From NCBI GenBank assembly GCA_041497675.1, contig JBGQGY010000061.1, positions 1-21,201 on the forward strand: a stretch of 21,201 nt of DNA, read 5' to 3'. The DNA comes from a bacterium. GTDB taxonomy: Bacteria; Sysuimicrobiota; Sysuimicrobiia; Sysuimicrobiales; Humicultoraceae. Numbering within the stretch: the first letter of the stretch is position 1; the number at the start of each line of letters is the position of its first letter. The notes below the pieces were generated by a model. The model did no database searches and was not told the DNA's origin. It worked only from the letters and a program-made list of their open reading frames with translations. Shown here in pieces: positions 9,271 to 17,832 of the stretch. The position numbers and the translations under genes are program-made.

Positions 9271-9823
9271 ACCGGCGCCCGATCGCGGGGCCTCGGTCCC
9301 CCGGCGCAGCACGGACGCCGCCGACCTGATCACCATCGGTCGGATCGTGGCGCCCCATGGCATTCGAGGGGAACTCCGTGTGCGTCCCGAGACCGATTTT
9401 CCGGAGCGATTTGTCCAGCTGCGGCGCGCGTTCCTGGTGCGAGATGGGCGCACGGAGGAAGTGGAAATCAGCGCAGTGCGTCCGCACCGGGATGGCCTGC
9501 TCGTCGTCCTGGGCGGTGTCGGCGACCGCACCACCGCGGAGCACCTGCGCGGCGCGCAGATCGCCGTGCCGCGGGCCGATCTCGTGCCGCTGGCCGCCGA
9601 TACCTTCTATGTGTTTGAGATCATCGGCATGCGCGTGCGGACCGATGATGGCCGGGACCTCGGCATCGTCGATGAGGTGATGCGCGGACCTGCCAATGAC
9701 GTGTATGTCGTGCGGAGCGAAGGGCGCGAGACCCTGGTGCCTGCCGTCCGCCAGTTCGTACGGGCCATCAACCGGGATGCGCGTGAGATCACCGTCGTGC
9801 TGCCCGCGGGGCTCGAGGAGTAG
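9239..9823 (+). CDS. rimM: Ribosome maturation factor RimM (start uncertain)
   Basis: IGRIVAPHGIRGEL, FYVFEIIG, ANDVYVV, LVPAV PRC-barrel features; precedes trmD. Confidence 0.93.
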   Translation: MESSSRSERDRPAPDRGASVPRRSTDAADLITIGRIVAPHGIRGELRVRPETDFPERFVQLRRAFLVRDGRTEEVEISAVRPHRDGLLVVLGGVGDRTTAEHLRGAQIAVPRADLVPLAADTFYVFEIIGMRVRTDDGRDLGIVDEVMRGPANDVYVVRSEGRETLVPAVRQFVRAINRDAREITVVLPAGLEE

Positions 9824-9826
9824 TCG

Positions 9827-10546
9827 GTGCGCATCGACATTGTGACGATCTTCCCCGAAGCCTTCGCCGCGCTCGACATGTCGATCATCGGTCGTGCGCG
9901 CGAGCGGGGTCTGCTCGACATTCAGGTGCGCGATCTGCGCGACTACACGACAGACCGGCACCGCCAGGTCGACGACATGCCCTACGGCGGCGGGCCGGGG
10001 ATGGTGATGAAACCAGATCCGTTCTTCGCGGCGACCGACGCGCTGAGGGCGCCCGGCGCGCCCTCCCGCCTGCTGCTGACGTCGCCCCAAGGGCGGCGTT
10101 TCGATCAGCGGGTCGCGGAAGAACTCGCCCGTGAGTCCCACCTGATCGTCCTCTGCGGCCGGTATGAGGGTGTGGACGAGCGGGTCGTCACCGGGTTGGG
10201 CGCGGAGGAAATCTCGATCGGTGACTTTGTCTTGACCGGCGGCGAGCTGGCTGCGATGGTGATCGTCGACGCGACGGTGCGGCTGGTCGAGGGCGTCGTG
10301 GGCGACCAGGCGTCGGTCGCGGCCGAGTCGTTCGCCGGCGGCCTCCTCGACTACCCGCACTACACCCGGCCCGCCGAGTTCCGCGGGCAGCGCGTCCCAG
10401 ACGTGCTGCTCACCGGACACCACGAGCAGATCAGACGGTGGCGGAGGCGCGAGCAGCTGCGCCGGACACTTGAGCGCCGGCCCGACCTGTTATCTCTTGA
10501 TCTCCTGACCGAGGAAGACCGGGCGCTGCTGCGGGACAACAGCTAA
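9827..10546 (+). CDS. trmD: tRNA (guanine37-N1)-methyltransferase
   Basis: [45 protein letters not shown]. Confidence 0.98.
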   Translation: MRIDIVTIFPEAFAALDMSIIGRARERGLLDIQVRDLRDYTTDRHRQVDDMPYGGGPGMVMKPDPFFAATDALRAPGAPSRLLLTSPQGRRFDQRVAEELARESHLIVLCGRYEGVDERVVTGLGAEEISIGDFVLTGGELAAMVIVDATVRLVEGVVGDQASVAAESFAGGLLDYPHYTRPAEFRGQRVPDVLLTGHHEQIRRWRRREQLRRTLERRPDLLSLDLLTEEDRALLRDNS

Positions 10547-10555
10547 CGGCTTCGC

Positions 10556-10581
10556 CAACCGGTGTTGGCAACCGGTGTTGG
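10556..10581. repeat. Perfect 13-bp tandem duplication CAACCGGTGTTGG x2
   Basis: 10556-10568 and 10569-10581 are identical; GCCAAC/GTTGGC gives hairpin potential. Confidence 0.8.
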
Positions 10582-10607
10582 CCCGTCGAAGCGGGCTGTG
10601 CTACAAT
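10578..10607 (+). promoter_or_regulatory. Putative extended -10 promoter for rplS-lepB-rnhB-yraN
   Basis: TG-c-TACAAT (10599-10607) with TTGGCC (10578-10583), 18 nt spacer. Confidence 0.6.
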
Positions 10608-10656
10608 TCAAGATTGTGCTGCGACGTCGTTGCGACGTCGCCTGCGGGAGGCGGCG

Positions 10657-11001
10657 ATGACAGAGAAACTCAGAGCCATCGAGGCGGCGCAACTGAAGAA
10701 GAAGGTCGGAGAGTTCCTACCGGGTGATACCGTGCGCGTCCATGTGAAAATCACCGAGGGAGGGCGCGACCGTCTGCAGGTCTTCGAGGGCACCGTGATC
10801 GGCCGGCGGGGCGCGGGCATCGGCGAATCCTTTACCGTCAGGCGCGTCAGTCACGGGGTCGGCGTCGAACGCGTTTTCCCCCTGCACTCGCCGCGGGTCG
10901 AGAAGGTCGACGTCGTGCGCAAGGGCCGCGTCCGGCGCGCCAAGCTGCACTATCTCCGCAGCAAGATCGGGAAGGAGACGCGCGTCAAGGAACAGCGCTA
11001 G
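10657..11001 (+). CDS. rplS: 50S ribosomal protein L19
   Basis: [57 protein letters not shown] before ATG 10657. Confidence 0.98.
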   Translation: MTEKLRAIEAAQLKKKVGEFLPGDTVRVHVKITEGGRDRLQVFEGTVIGRRGAGIGESFTVRRVSHGVGVERVFPLHSPRVEKVDVVRKGRVRRAKLHYLRSKIGKETRVKEQR

Positions 11002-11013
11002 CCTGCTTCGCTG

Positions 11014-11667
11014 ATGGCCCGCAACCTGATTGCACTGGCAGAACGTCTGCCGCTCGGGATTCCAACACTGATCCTGACGCTGGCATTTATTCTTTTCGTC
11101 GTTCGGATGATGGTGCGCCGATCGTATCGACTGCCGCCGGCGGTGCGCCTCTCAATTGTCGAGACACTCGACGCCACGATCTTCGCGGCGCTCCTCAGTC
11201 TGGTCATCATCCTCTTCGTCGTGCAGGCGTTTTTCATTCCCTCTGGATCGATGGAGCCGACGCTGCGTGTCGGAGACCGGATCCTGGTCGGCAAGTTCGC
11301 CTATCGCATCGGCGAAATTCGCCGCGGTGACATCATCGTCTTCCGCTACCCATTGAACCCCAACAAGGATTTTGTCAAACGCGTCATCGGTTTGCCGGGC
11401 GAACGCATCACCATCAAGGACGGGCTGGTGCAGATCAACGCGCGGCCGCTGAAGGAAGTGTATCCGACGGCCCTGCCCGGTGAGGATCGGGCTTGCTCGA
11501 GCAACTACGGTCCCGAGACCGTGCCCGTCGTCTCGCTCTTCGTGCTCGGCGACAATCGGTGCAACAGCGAGGACAGCCGGTTCTTTGGATTTGTGCCGGT
11601 GAAGAATGTCATTGGCCGCGCGCTCGTGGTCTACTGGCCGGTCGATCGCGTCGGGCTGGTGCGGTGA
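11014..11667 (+). CDS. lepB: Signal peptidase I
   Basis: Two N-terminal hydrophobic segments, catalytic Ser box IPSGSMEPTL, Lys box DFVKRVIGLPG, GDNR.NS.DSR.FG. Confidence 0.96.
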   Translation: MARNLIALAERLPLGIPTLILTLAFILFVVRMMVRRSYRLPPAVRLSIVETLDATIFAALLSLVIILFVVQAFFIPSGSMEPTLRVGDRILVGKFAYRIGEIRRGDIIVFRYPLNPNKDFVKRVIGLPGERITIKDGLVQINARPLKEVYPTALPGEDRACSSNYGPETVPVVSLFVLGDNRCNSEDSRFFGFVPVKNVIGRALVVYWPVDRVGLVR

Positions 11668-12455
11668 CGCGCGGAACCCGCCGGCTCACGCTCGACGCAC
11701 TGGCGGCATCGCTCGCCGAAGGACACCTCGATCCTAAGACGCTGCGCAGAGATCCGCGCGCGGGCGCGCGCGCACTGGCGTCGCGATGGGCCAGACACCA
11801 TGCGCGGGAGGCGGCCGAACGGAGCCGGCTGACGGAACTGTTCGCGTTCGAACGCGACGCGTGGGCCGCCGGGCTCGCGCCGGTCGCGGGTGTGGACGAG
11901 GCTGGGCGCGGGCCGCTGGCGGGACCCGTCGTCGCGGCGGCGGTCGTGTTCCCCGACGAGCGGCTGATTCCGAAACTCAACGATTCGAAGAAGTTGTTAC
12001 GCGAGGAGCGAGAGGTCGTCTACCGGGCGATCCTGGACTCTGGTTTGCCGATCGGCATCGGCGTCGCCGACGTGGATGAGATCGACCGGCTCAACATTCT
12101 GTGGGCGACGAGGCTGGCGTGGCGGCGGGCTCTGGAGGCGCTACCGGCGCGTCCGGCGTTGGTGCTCATCGACGGCAACCTCCGCGCGCCGCTCTTCATC
12201 CCGCAAAAGACGTTGGTCGGCGGCGACGCGCGCTGCGCATCGATCGCGGCGGCCTCGGTAGTCGCGAAGGTGACCCGCGATCGATTGATGCTCGAACTCG
12301 ATCGGCAGCATCCTCAATACGGGTTCGCGAGGCATAAGGGCTACGCGACGGCGGATCATCTCGACGCGCTGCGCCGGTGGGGTCCGTCTCCGGTCCACCG
12401 CCAGGTGTTCCTCCCCGCCGATCTCCTGCAGGTGCAACTACCGCTGAACGGCTGA
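11664..12455 (+). CDS. rnhB: Ribonuclease HII with N-terminal extension
   Basis: AGVDEAGRGPLAGPV, LNDSKKL, LIDG, SIAAASVVAKVTRD, HKGY.T; GTG at 11664 overlaps the lepB stop (GTGA). Confidence 0.95.
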   Translation: MTRGTRRLTLDALAASLAEGHLDPKTLRRDPRAGARALASRWARHHAREAAERSRLTELFAFERDAWAAGLAPVAGVDEAGRGPLAGPVVAAAVVFPDERLIPKLNDSKKLLREEREVVYRAILDSGLPIGIGVADVDEIDRLNILWATRLAWRRALEALPARPALVLIDGNLRAPLFIPQKTLVGGDARCASIAAASVVAKVTRDRLMLELDRQHPQYGFARHKGYATADHLDALRRWGPSPVHRQVFLPADLLQVQLPLNG

Positions 12456-12502
12456 GAGTCTCCCGCACGGCCGGGCTGTGACGGACGATACATCCACTTG
12501 GA

Positions 12503-12880
12503 ATGGCCGCGCCAACGCGTCGAGTCCTTGGTGCAAGTGGTGAGACTGCAGCCGCAGCCTGGCTGGAGACCCGCGGCTACAAGATCATCGCCCGCAACGT
12601 CAGGACGCGGTACGGCGAGATTGATCTGGTCTTACGGCGTGGCGCGCTCGTCGTCTTCGTTGAGGTCAAGAGCCGCACCAGCGACCGCTTCGGGCATCCG
12701 GCCGATGCGATCGTGTGGCGCAAGCGCCGGCGGCTAGTCCAGTTGGCCGAAATGTGCCTGCAGCGGCTGGGGCTGGAACACTGCGCCGTGCGGTTCGATG
12801 TGATCGCCGTTCACCTGAGCACCGACGGCCGGGTGAGGGAGGTGGAGCACATTCCCGACGCATTCAGCGCCGATCCCTAA
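12503..12880 (+). CDS. yraN: YraN family (UPF0102) PD-(D/E)XK nuclease
   Basis: G..GE..AA.WL...GY.IIARN, GEIDLV, FVEVKSR, RFDVIAV, HIPDAF. Confidence 0.95.
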   Translation: MAAPTRRVLGASGETAAAAWLETRGYKIIARNVRTRYGEIDLVLRRGALVVFVEVKSRTSDRFGHPADAIVWRKRRRLVQLAEMCLQRLGLEHCAVRFDVIAVHLSTDGRVREVEHIPDAFSADP

Positions 12881-14316
12881 CGCAGCACCGCCTCGCGGTG
12901 CGCGGGGTCCAGCGCGCCGGCCAGTCGCTGCGCGGCGTCCGTGCCTTGCCGGATGCAATCAGGGATGCCGACGCCGCGGTAGCCGGCGCCCGCCACCGCG
13001 ATGCCGGGGAGCGATCGCAGGCCCGCCTCGATCGCCTCGAGCCGGTCGAGATGCCCCGGCAGATACTGCGGCATGGCCTGCGGCCAGCGCGCGATGTGGG
13101 TGAACACCGGGGTCGCGTCGATCCCCATGAGGCGCGCGAGGTCCGCTTGGGCGGCCGCAGCCAGACGCGCGTCGTCCTCAGCCACGATCGCATCGCGGCC
13201 GGCGCTGCCCAGATAACATCTCAGCAGGGCCAGACCGCTGGGGGCTCGGTCCGGCCACTTGGACGAGACCCAGGTACATGCGGTGATCTGCATCGGCTCG
13301 CGGCGCGCGACGACGAAGCCGTGACCCTTGAGCGGGTGCGCGATCTCCCCGCGCCTGTAGGCCAGCGTCACCGCTGCGGTCGACGCGTACGGGATAGTGC
13401 GAAGCAGGGCGGCCACGCTCGGGGCCAGCGGTTCGAGGAGATCGGCGGTGTTGAAGGCCGGCGCGGCCAGGAGCACGCCGTCTGCGTCGAGCGTCCGACC
13501 ATCGCCCAGGTGCACCGTGTATGGCGCTGCGGTTGTGGCGCGGTCGATGCGAACCACCGGCTGCCCCGTCACGACCTCCGTGCCTGTGAGTGCCTTCTGC
13601 AGCGCGTCGATCATGCCGCCCAGGCCGCCGGCGAGCCCGAGGAACATCGGGCGCCCGCCGCTGCCGGCCTTTGGCGCGCGGCGCCGCTGCGTCACCGCGG
13701 CCAGGATCAGGCTGCGATGGTCTGTTTCCCATTGCTGCAGTTGAGGAAACGTGGCGCGGAGGCTGAGCGCATCGGCATCACCGGCGTAGATGCCGGCCAG
13801 CAGCGGTCCGACGAGGCGGTCGACGGCGGCGCGACCAAGCCTCCGGGCGATGAATGATCCGACGGTCTCGTCGCCGTCCGGCGCGCGTCTCGGCAGCACG
13901 AGATCCCAGGCCATTCGCGCTTTGGCCGCCGGCGACAGCAGGCTCGTGCGAACCATAGGCCACACTTGCGTCGGGATGCCGAGCGCCAGACCCGGAGGGA
14001 GAGGGTGGAGCCGGCCTCGCGCGGCGACGTAGACGGTACGGCCGGGGAGCGTGCCGATCAGTCGATCATTCAGTCCAAGCGCGCGGCAGAGTTCCACCGC
14101 CGCGGGCTTGGAGGCCAGGAATGAGTCTGGCCCGGTTTCGACGACGCAATCCTGGATGCGTTCGGTCCGCACCTTGCCTCCAAGGCGTGCGTCGCGCTCC
14201 ACCAGGGTGCAGGCCAGCGGGAGATCGTGTGGCGTGGGACGCGCCATCAGGGCGTAGGCGGCGGCCAGACCCGTGATGCCGCCCCCGACGATGACGACGT
14301 GGGCGGGCCGACTCAC
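12877..14316 (-). CDS. hemY: HemY-type coproporphyrinogen III / protoporphyrinogen oxidase (CgoX)
   Basis: FAD motif VVIVGGGITGLAAAY, RLGGK, ETGPDSF, GIYAGD...LS, AMPQY..GH, GVGIPDCI.QG. Confidence 0.95.
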   Translation of the reverse strand: MSRPAHVVIVGGGITGLAAAYALMARPTPHDLPLACTLVERDARLGGKVRTERIQDCVVETGPDSFLASKPAAVELCRALGLNDRLIGTLPGRTVYVAARGRLHPLPPGLALGIPTQVWPMVRTSLLSPAAKARMAWDLVLPRRAPDGDETVGSFIARRLGRAAVDRLVGPLLAGIYAGDADALSLRATFPQLQQWETDHRSLILAAVTQRRRAPKAGSGGRPMFLGLAGGLGGMIDALQKALTGTEVVTGQPVVRIDRATTAAPYTVHLGDGRTLDADGVLLAAPAFNTADLLEPLAPSVAALLRTIPYASTAAVTLAYRRGEIAHPLKGHGFVVARREPMQITACTWVSSKWPDRAPSGLALLRCYLGSAGRDAIVAEDDARLAAAAQADLARLMGIDATPVFTHIARWPQAMPQYLPGHLDRLEAIEAGLRSLPGIAVAGAGYRGVGIPDCIRQGTDAAQRLAGALDPAHREAVLR

Positions 14317-15359
14317 GACGCGGAGTGCGCCGGTGAGGTGCGGCGCTCGGCGGCCTCGTGGACCGCGTCGACGACCCGGCGCAGGTGATCGACGGGGGTC
14401 GCGGGGAGGACGCCGTGACCCAGGTTGAAGATGTGCCCCGGCCGGCCGTTGGCCTCGGCGAGCACGTCCCGGGTCGCGGCTTCGACGACCTCAGGTGGCG
14501 CCAGAAGGACCGCGGGATCGAGATTCCCCTGGATGCTGCGACCCCCGATCTGCGCCCACGCCTCCCCAAGCCGTACGCGCCAGTCGACACCGATGACATC
14601 ACCACCCGCGGACGCCATCAGTCGAAGCAATCCCGCCGTCCCCGTGCCGAAGTGGATCGTCGGGACCCCGGCGATCTTCAGCCCGTCGAATAGACGCCGC
14701 ACGTAGGGCAGCACCGACGTCTCGTAGTCTCGCGGGGCGAGCGCGCCGACCCACGAGTCGAAGACCTGTACGACCTGCGCGCCGGCGGCGATCTGCGCCC
14801 GTAGGTATGCCAGCGTCGCGTCGGTGAGCGTATCCATCAGTCGCGCCCACAGATGCGGCGCTCCGAGCAACATTCGTCTGGTCTCAGGCACGTCCCGCGA
14901 GCCCCTCCCCTCGATGAGGTAGCTCCCGAGGGTGAAGGGTCCGGCCGCAAAACCAATCAGCGGAACCGGCGCGGCCCGGCGGATCAGTCGAATGGCCTCG
15001 AGGACGAACGGGACGTCTCGCTCGGGTTCGAAGGGGCGCAGCCGGTTGATGTCTGCCTCCGTGCGCAGCGGGGCGTGGATCACCGGGCCGACGCCTTCCA
15101 CGATCTCGAACTCGACCCCCAAACCCAGCAGCGGCAGCGTAATGTCCGAGAAGAGGATGGCCGCGTCGACACCGAGTTGCTCGACGGGGTGCAGCGTGAC
15201 CTGGGCGCACAGCTCCGGCACGCGGCAGAGGTCGAGCAGCGCGTAGCGCTGTCGCAACGCGCGGTATTCCGGCTGGTAGCGGCCCGCCTGGCGCATGAAC
15301 CAGACCGGTGTGCGGTCCACCGGTTCGCCGCGGCAGGCGCGCAGCAACCGGTCGTTCAC
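14313..15359 (-). CDS. hemE: Uroporphyrinogen decarboxylase
   Basis: PVWFMRQAGRY.PEY, DAAILFSDI, QVFDSW, QGNLDP, HIFNLGHGV. Confidence 0.97.
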   Translation of the reverse strand: MNDRLLRACRGEPVDRTPVWFMRQAGRYQPEYRALRQRYALLDLCRVPELCAQVTLHPVEQLGVDAAILFSDITLPLLGLGVEFEIVEGVGPVIHAPLRTEADINRLRPFEPERDVPFVLEAIRLIRRAAPVPLIGFAAGPFTLGSYLIEGRGSRDVPETRRMLLGAPHLWARLMDTLTDATLAYLRAQIAAGAQVVQVFDSWVGALAPRDYETSVLPYVRRLFDGLKIAGVPTIHFGTGTAGLLRLMASAGGDVIGVDWRVRLGEAWAQIGGRSIQGNLDPAVLLAPPEVVEAATRDVLAEANGRPGHIFNLGHGVLPATPVDHLRRVVDAVHEAAERRTSPAHSAS

Positions 15360-16060
15360 GGAGCGACCCTCGCCGTCACGGGCATGCCGAGCAGCCCGAG
15401 CACCTCGGGGAGCGGACGGTGAATCCCCACCAGGATCGGCGTATCACGCACCGTGTACTTCCGGCCTTCAGTGGCGCGCAACGCCTGGACCAGATCCTGG
15501 AACGCCGTCAGGTCATCGGTCTCGTACGCGACGATGAACTCCTGATCGTCCACGCCAAACGAGTACGCCAGCAACTGCTGCACCATGGGATACTGGTGTC
15601 CGATGCGAATGTGCTCGTTCATCATGCGCTGGCGGTCGTCGCGCGTGCTCAGATACCAGTCGGTCGACTTGACGAAGGGATAGACGATCAGATAGGCGGC
15701 CCGCGTGCCGCTGAACATCGCCTGTTCCTGTACGGTGGGAGTCTTGACGTACTGGGAGTGGCGCACCAGCCCGAGCATCGAGTATGAGACGCTCAGATAC
15801 CGGCCCAGACCCGCCTGCAGCAGACTTGCCGTGGTCTCTTCCATCGCCTGAACCGACGGGCCCAGCCGCCACAACAACACATCGACATCCGCGCGCAGAC
15901 CCACCATCGAGTAGGTGAACGTGCGTACCCGCTCGGCGGCGGTGTCGGCCGCGCCGATGAATGTCGCGCCGTCGCGCTGCCGCACGTCATCGGAGAGCCG
16001 GCGCCAGGACGGGTCGAGTTTCAACGCCAGCACGTGGACAACGTTCCACGGCTCGGTCAT
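15356..16060 (-). CDS. hemQ: Coproheme decarboxylase ChdC/HemQ (chlorite dismutase-like family)
   Basis: YS..GLRADVD.LLW, YPFVK..DWY, RQRMM.EH...G, SFGVDDQEF; located inside the heme operon; ATG 16060 has a GGAGG SD and overlaps the hemB stop. Confidence 0.85.
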   Translation of the reverse strand: MTEPWNVVHVLALKLDPSWRRLSDDVRQRDGATFIGAADTAAERVRTFTYSMVGLRADVDVLLWRLGPSVQAMEETTASLLQAGLGRYLSVSYSMLGLVRHSQYVKTPTVQEQAMFSGTRAAYLIVYPFVKSTDWYLSTRDDRQRMMNEHIRIGHQYPMVQQLLAYSFGVDDQEFIVAYETDDLTAFQDLVQALRATEGRKYTVRDTPILVGIHRPLPEVLGLLGMPVTARVAP

Positions 16061-17058
16061 GCTCGTTCCTCCCGCAGCCACTGCGCCGCGTCGGCCGCCG
16101 CGTACGTGATCACGATATCCGCGCCAGCGCGGCGGATCGCGCTCAGGATCTCCATGACGGCGCGGCGCTCCTCGAGCCAGCCCTGGGCGACCGCGGCCTT
16201 CACCATGGCGTATTCACCGCTGACCCAATAGGCCGCGAGGGGCAGCGTCGTGGCTTCACGGGCGGCGCGGATGACGTCGAGATACGTCAGCGCCGGTTTG
16301 ACCATGACGATGTCTGCGCCTTGCTCGGCGTCGAGCGCGATCTCGCGCAGCGCCTCCCGCACGTTTGGTGGATCCATCTGGTACGAGCGCCGGTCGCCAA
16401 ACTGCGGGGCCGACCCGGATGCGTCGCGGAAGGGTCCGTAGAATCCCGATGCGTACTTGGCGGCATAGGCCATGATCGCGACGTCGGCAAGACCGGCGTC
16501 GTCCAGACTGCCGCGGATCGCGCCGACCTGCCCATCCATCATCGCGCTGGGCGCGACGACGTCGGCCCCGGCCGCTGCGTGCGAGACCGCGGTGCGCGCC
16601 AGGAGGTCCAGCGTGGCGTCGTTGTCAATCTCGTGACCGCGCGCGACCCCGCAGTGACCGTGATCGGTATAGGCGCACAGACACACGTCGGTCATCACGG
16701 CCAGGGTCGGGTGGCTTCGTTTGAGCAGCCGGATGGCGCTTTGCACGATACCGTCATCGGCGTAGGCCTCCCGCGCCTCTGGATCTTTCGTCTCTGGAAC
16801 GCCGAAGAGCAGGACCGCAAGGATCCCCAGGTCCCGCAGACGTCCGGCCTCGCGGACAAGTTCGTCCGGCGAGAAGCGCATCTGACCCGGCAGCGACTGG
16901 ATCGGCTCGCGGACACGTTGGCCCGTGCGAACGAATAATGGGGCGACAAAGCGCGAGGGATCGACGCGCGCCTCGCGGGCCAGCGTGCGCAGCGCGCTCG
17001 TACGTCGCAGCCGCCGGGGACGCTGGGTCAGGCTAGCGAGCAAGGCGGTTCTTGCCAC
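16057..17058 (-). CDS. hemB: Porphobilinogen synthase (Zn/Cys type)
   Basis: RPRRLR, DVCLCAYTDHGHCG, SAMMDG, KYAS.FYGPFRDA, MVKPA, VSGEYAM. Confidence 0.97.
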   Translation of the reverse strand: MARTALLASLTQRPRRLRRTSALRTLAREARVDPSRFVAPLFVRTGQRVREPIQSLPGQMRFSPDELVREAGRLRDLGILAVLLFGVPETKDPEAREAYADDGIVQSAIRLLKRSHPTLAVMTDVCLCAYTDHGHCGVARGHEIDNDATLDLLARTAVSHAAAGADVVAPSAMMDGQVGAIRGSLDDAGLADVAIMAYAAKYASGFYGPFRDASGSAPQFGDRRSYQMDPPNVREALREIALDAEQGADIVMVKPALTYLDVIRAAREATTLPLAAYWVSGEYAMVKAAVAQGWLEERRAVMEILSAIRRAGADIVITYAAADAAQWLREERA

Positions 17059-17812
17059 GATCAGACACCTCCAACAGCGCCTTGATCAATCCGTTAATGG
17101 TATATTCCCTCGCGACGACTCCGGGACGCAGCCCGGCTTCCGTGACGGCGCCCGCCGTGACCGGGCCGATGCAGGCGATCGTGACACGCTCGAGCTCCTG
17201 CCGCGCCGCGCCGAGAAGACGCACGAGCCCACGAACCGTCGATGGGCTCGTAAACACGACGACGTCGACGCCCTGGGCCTCGAACAACCGTCTGATCCGC
17301 GGCCCCGCCCGACGCGGTCCGATCACCGTTCGGTAGGCGGTGACCACCTCGACGGTTGCGCCACGGTGCCGCAGGGCGTCCACCAGCGCCGGTGACGCCG
17401 CATCGGTACGAGGGAGCAGGATACGGCGCCGGTTCACGTCCGGCATCTCGACGGCGATGGCCTCGGTCAGATAGCGTGAGGGGATCATGGCCACGCGGAT
17501 GCGGGCCCGGCGCAGCACGGCCGCGGTTGCGGGGCCAACGGCGGCCCACAACGGACGGGGCGTCGATCTCAAGTTGACACCCAACGCCGCAGCCCGCGCG
17601 ATGCAGGCGCGGGCGCCATTGACGCTCGTGACAATGACCCAGTCATACCTCTTGAGATCGTGCAGGGCCCGATCCAATCGCCCGCCCGGCGCCGGCGGCT
17701 CGACGGCGATCATGGGAACGGCCACGACCCGCGCGCCCAATTTCCGGAGACGGTCGCAGAGCGGGCGGCTCTGCGCGCGCGGTCGCGTGACCAAGACCGA
17801 TCGTCCGGCCAA
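17033..17812 (-). CDS. hemD: Uroporphyrinogen-III synthase (stand-alone; start may be CTG 17836)
   Basis: LAGRSVLVTRP, DWVIVTSVNG, AVGPATA, AYRT, FTSPSTV, CIGPVT. Confidence 0.93.
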   Translation of the reverse strand: MAGRSVLVTRPRAQSRPLCDRLRKLGARVVAVPMIAVEPPAPGGRLDRALHDLKRYDWVIVTSVNGARACIARAAALGVNLRSTPRPLWAAVGPATAAVLRRARIRVAMIPSRYLTEAIAVEMPDVNRRRILLPRTDAASPALVDALRHRGATVEVVTAYRTVIGPRRAGPRIRRLFEAQGVDVVVFTSPSTVRGLVRLLGAARQELERVTIACIGPVTAGAVTEAGLRPGVVAREYTINGLIKALLEVSDRGKNRLAR

Positions 17813-17832
17813 CGGACGCCGTTGACCCGCGC

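Noticed and set aside
9248..10423. 391-aa - strand ORF (likewise 3196-4344, 12715-13857, 15961-16938, 18013-19044)
   Set aside because: Antisense shadows of well-conserved genes, expected in high-GC DNA; no recognisable motifs
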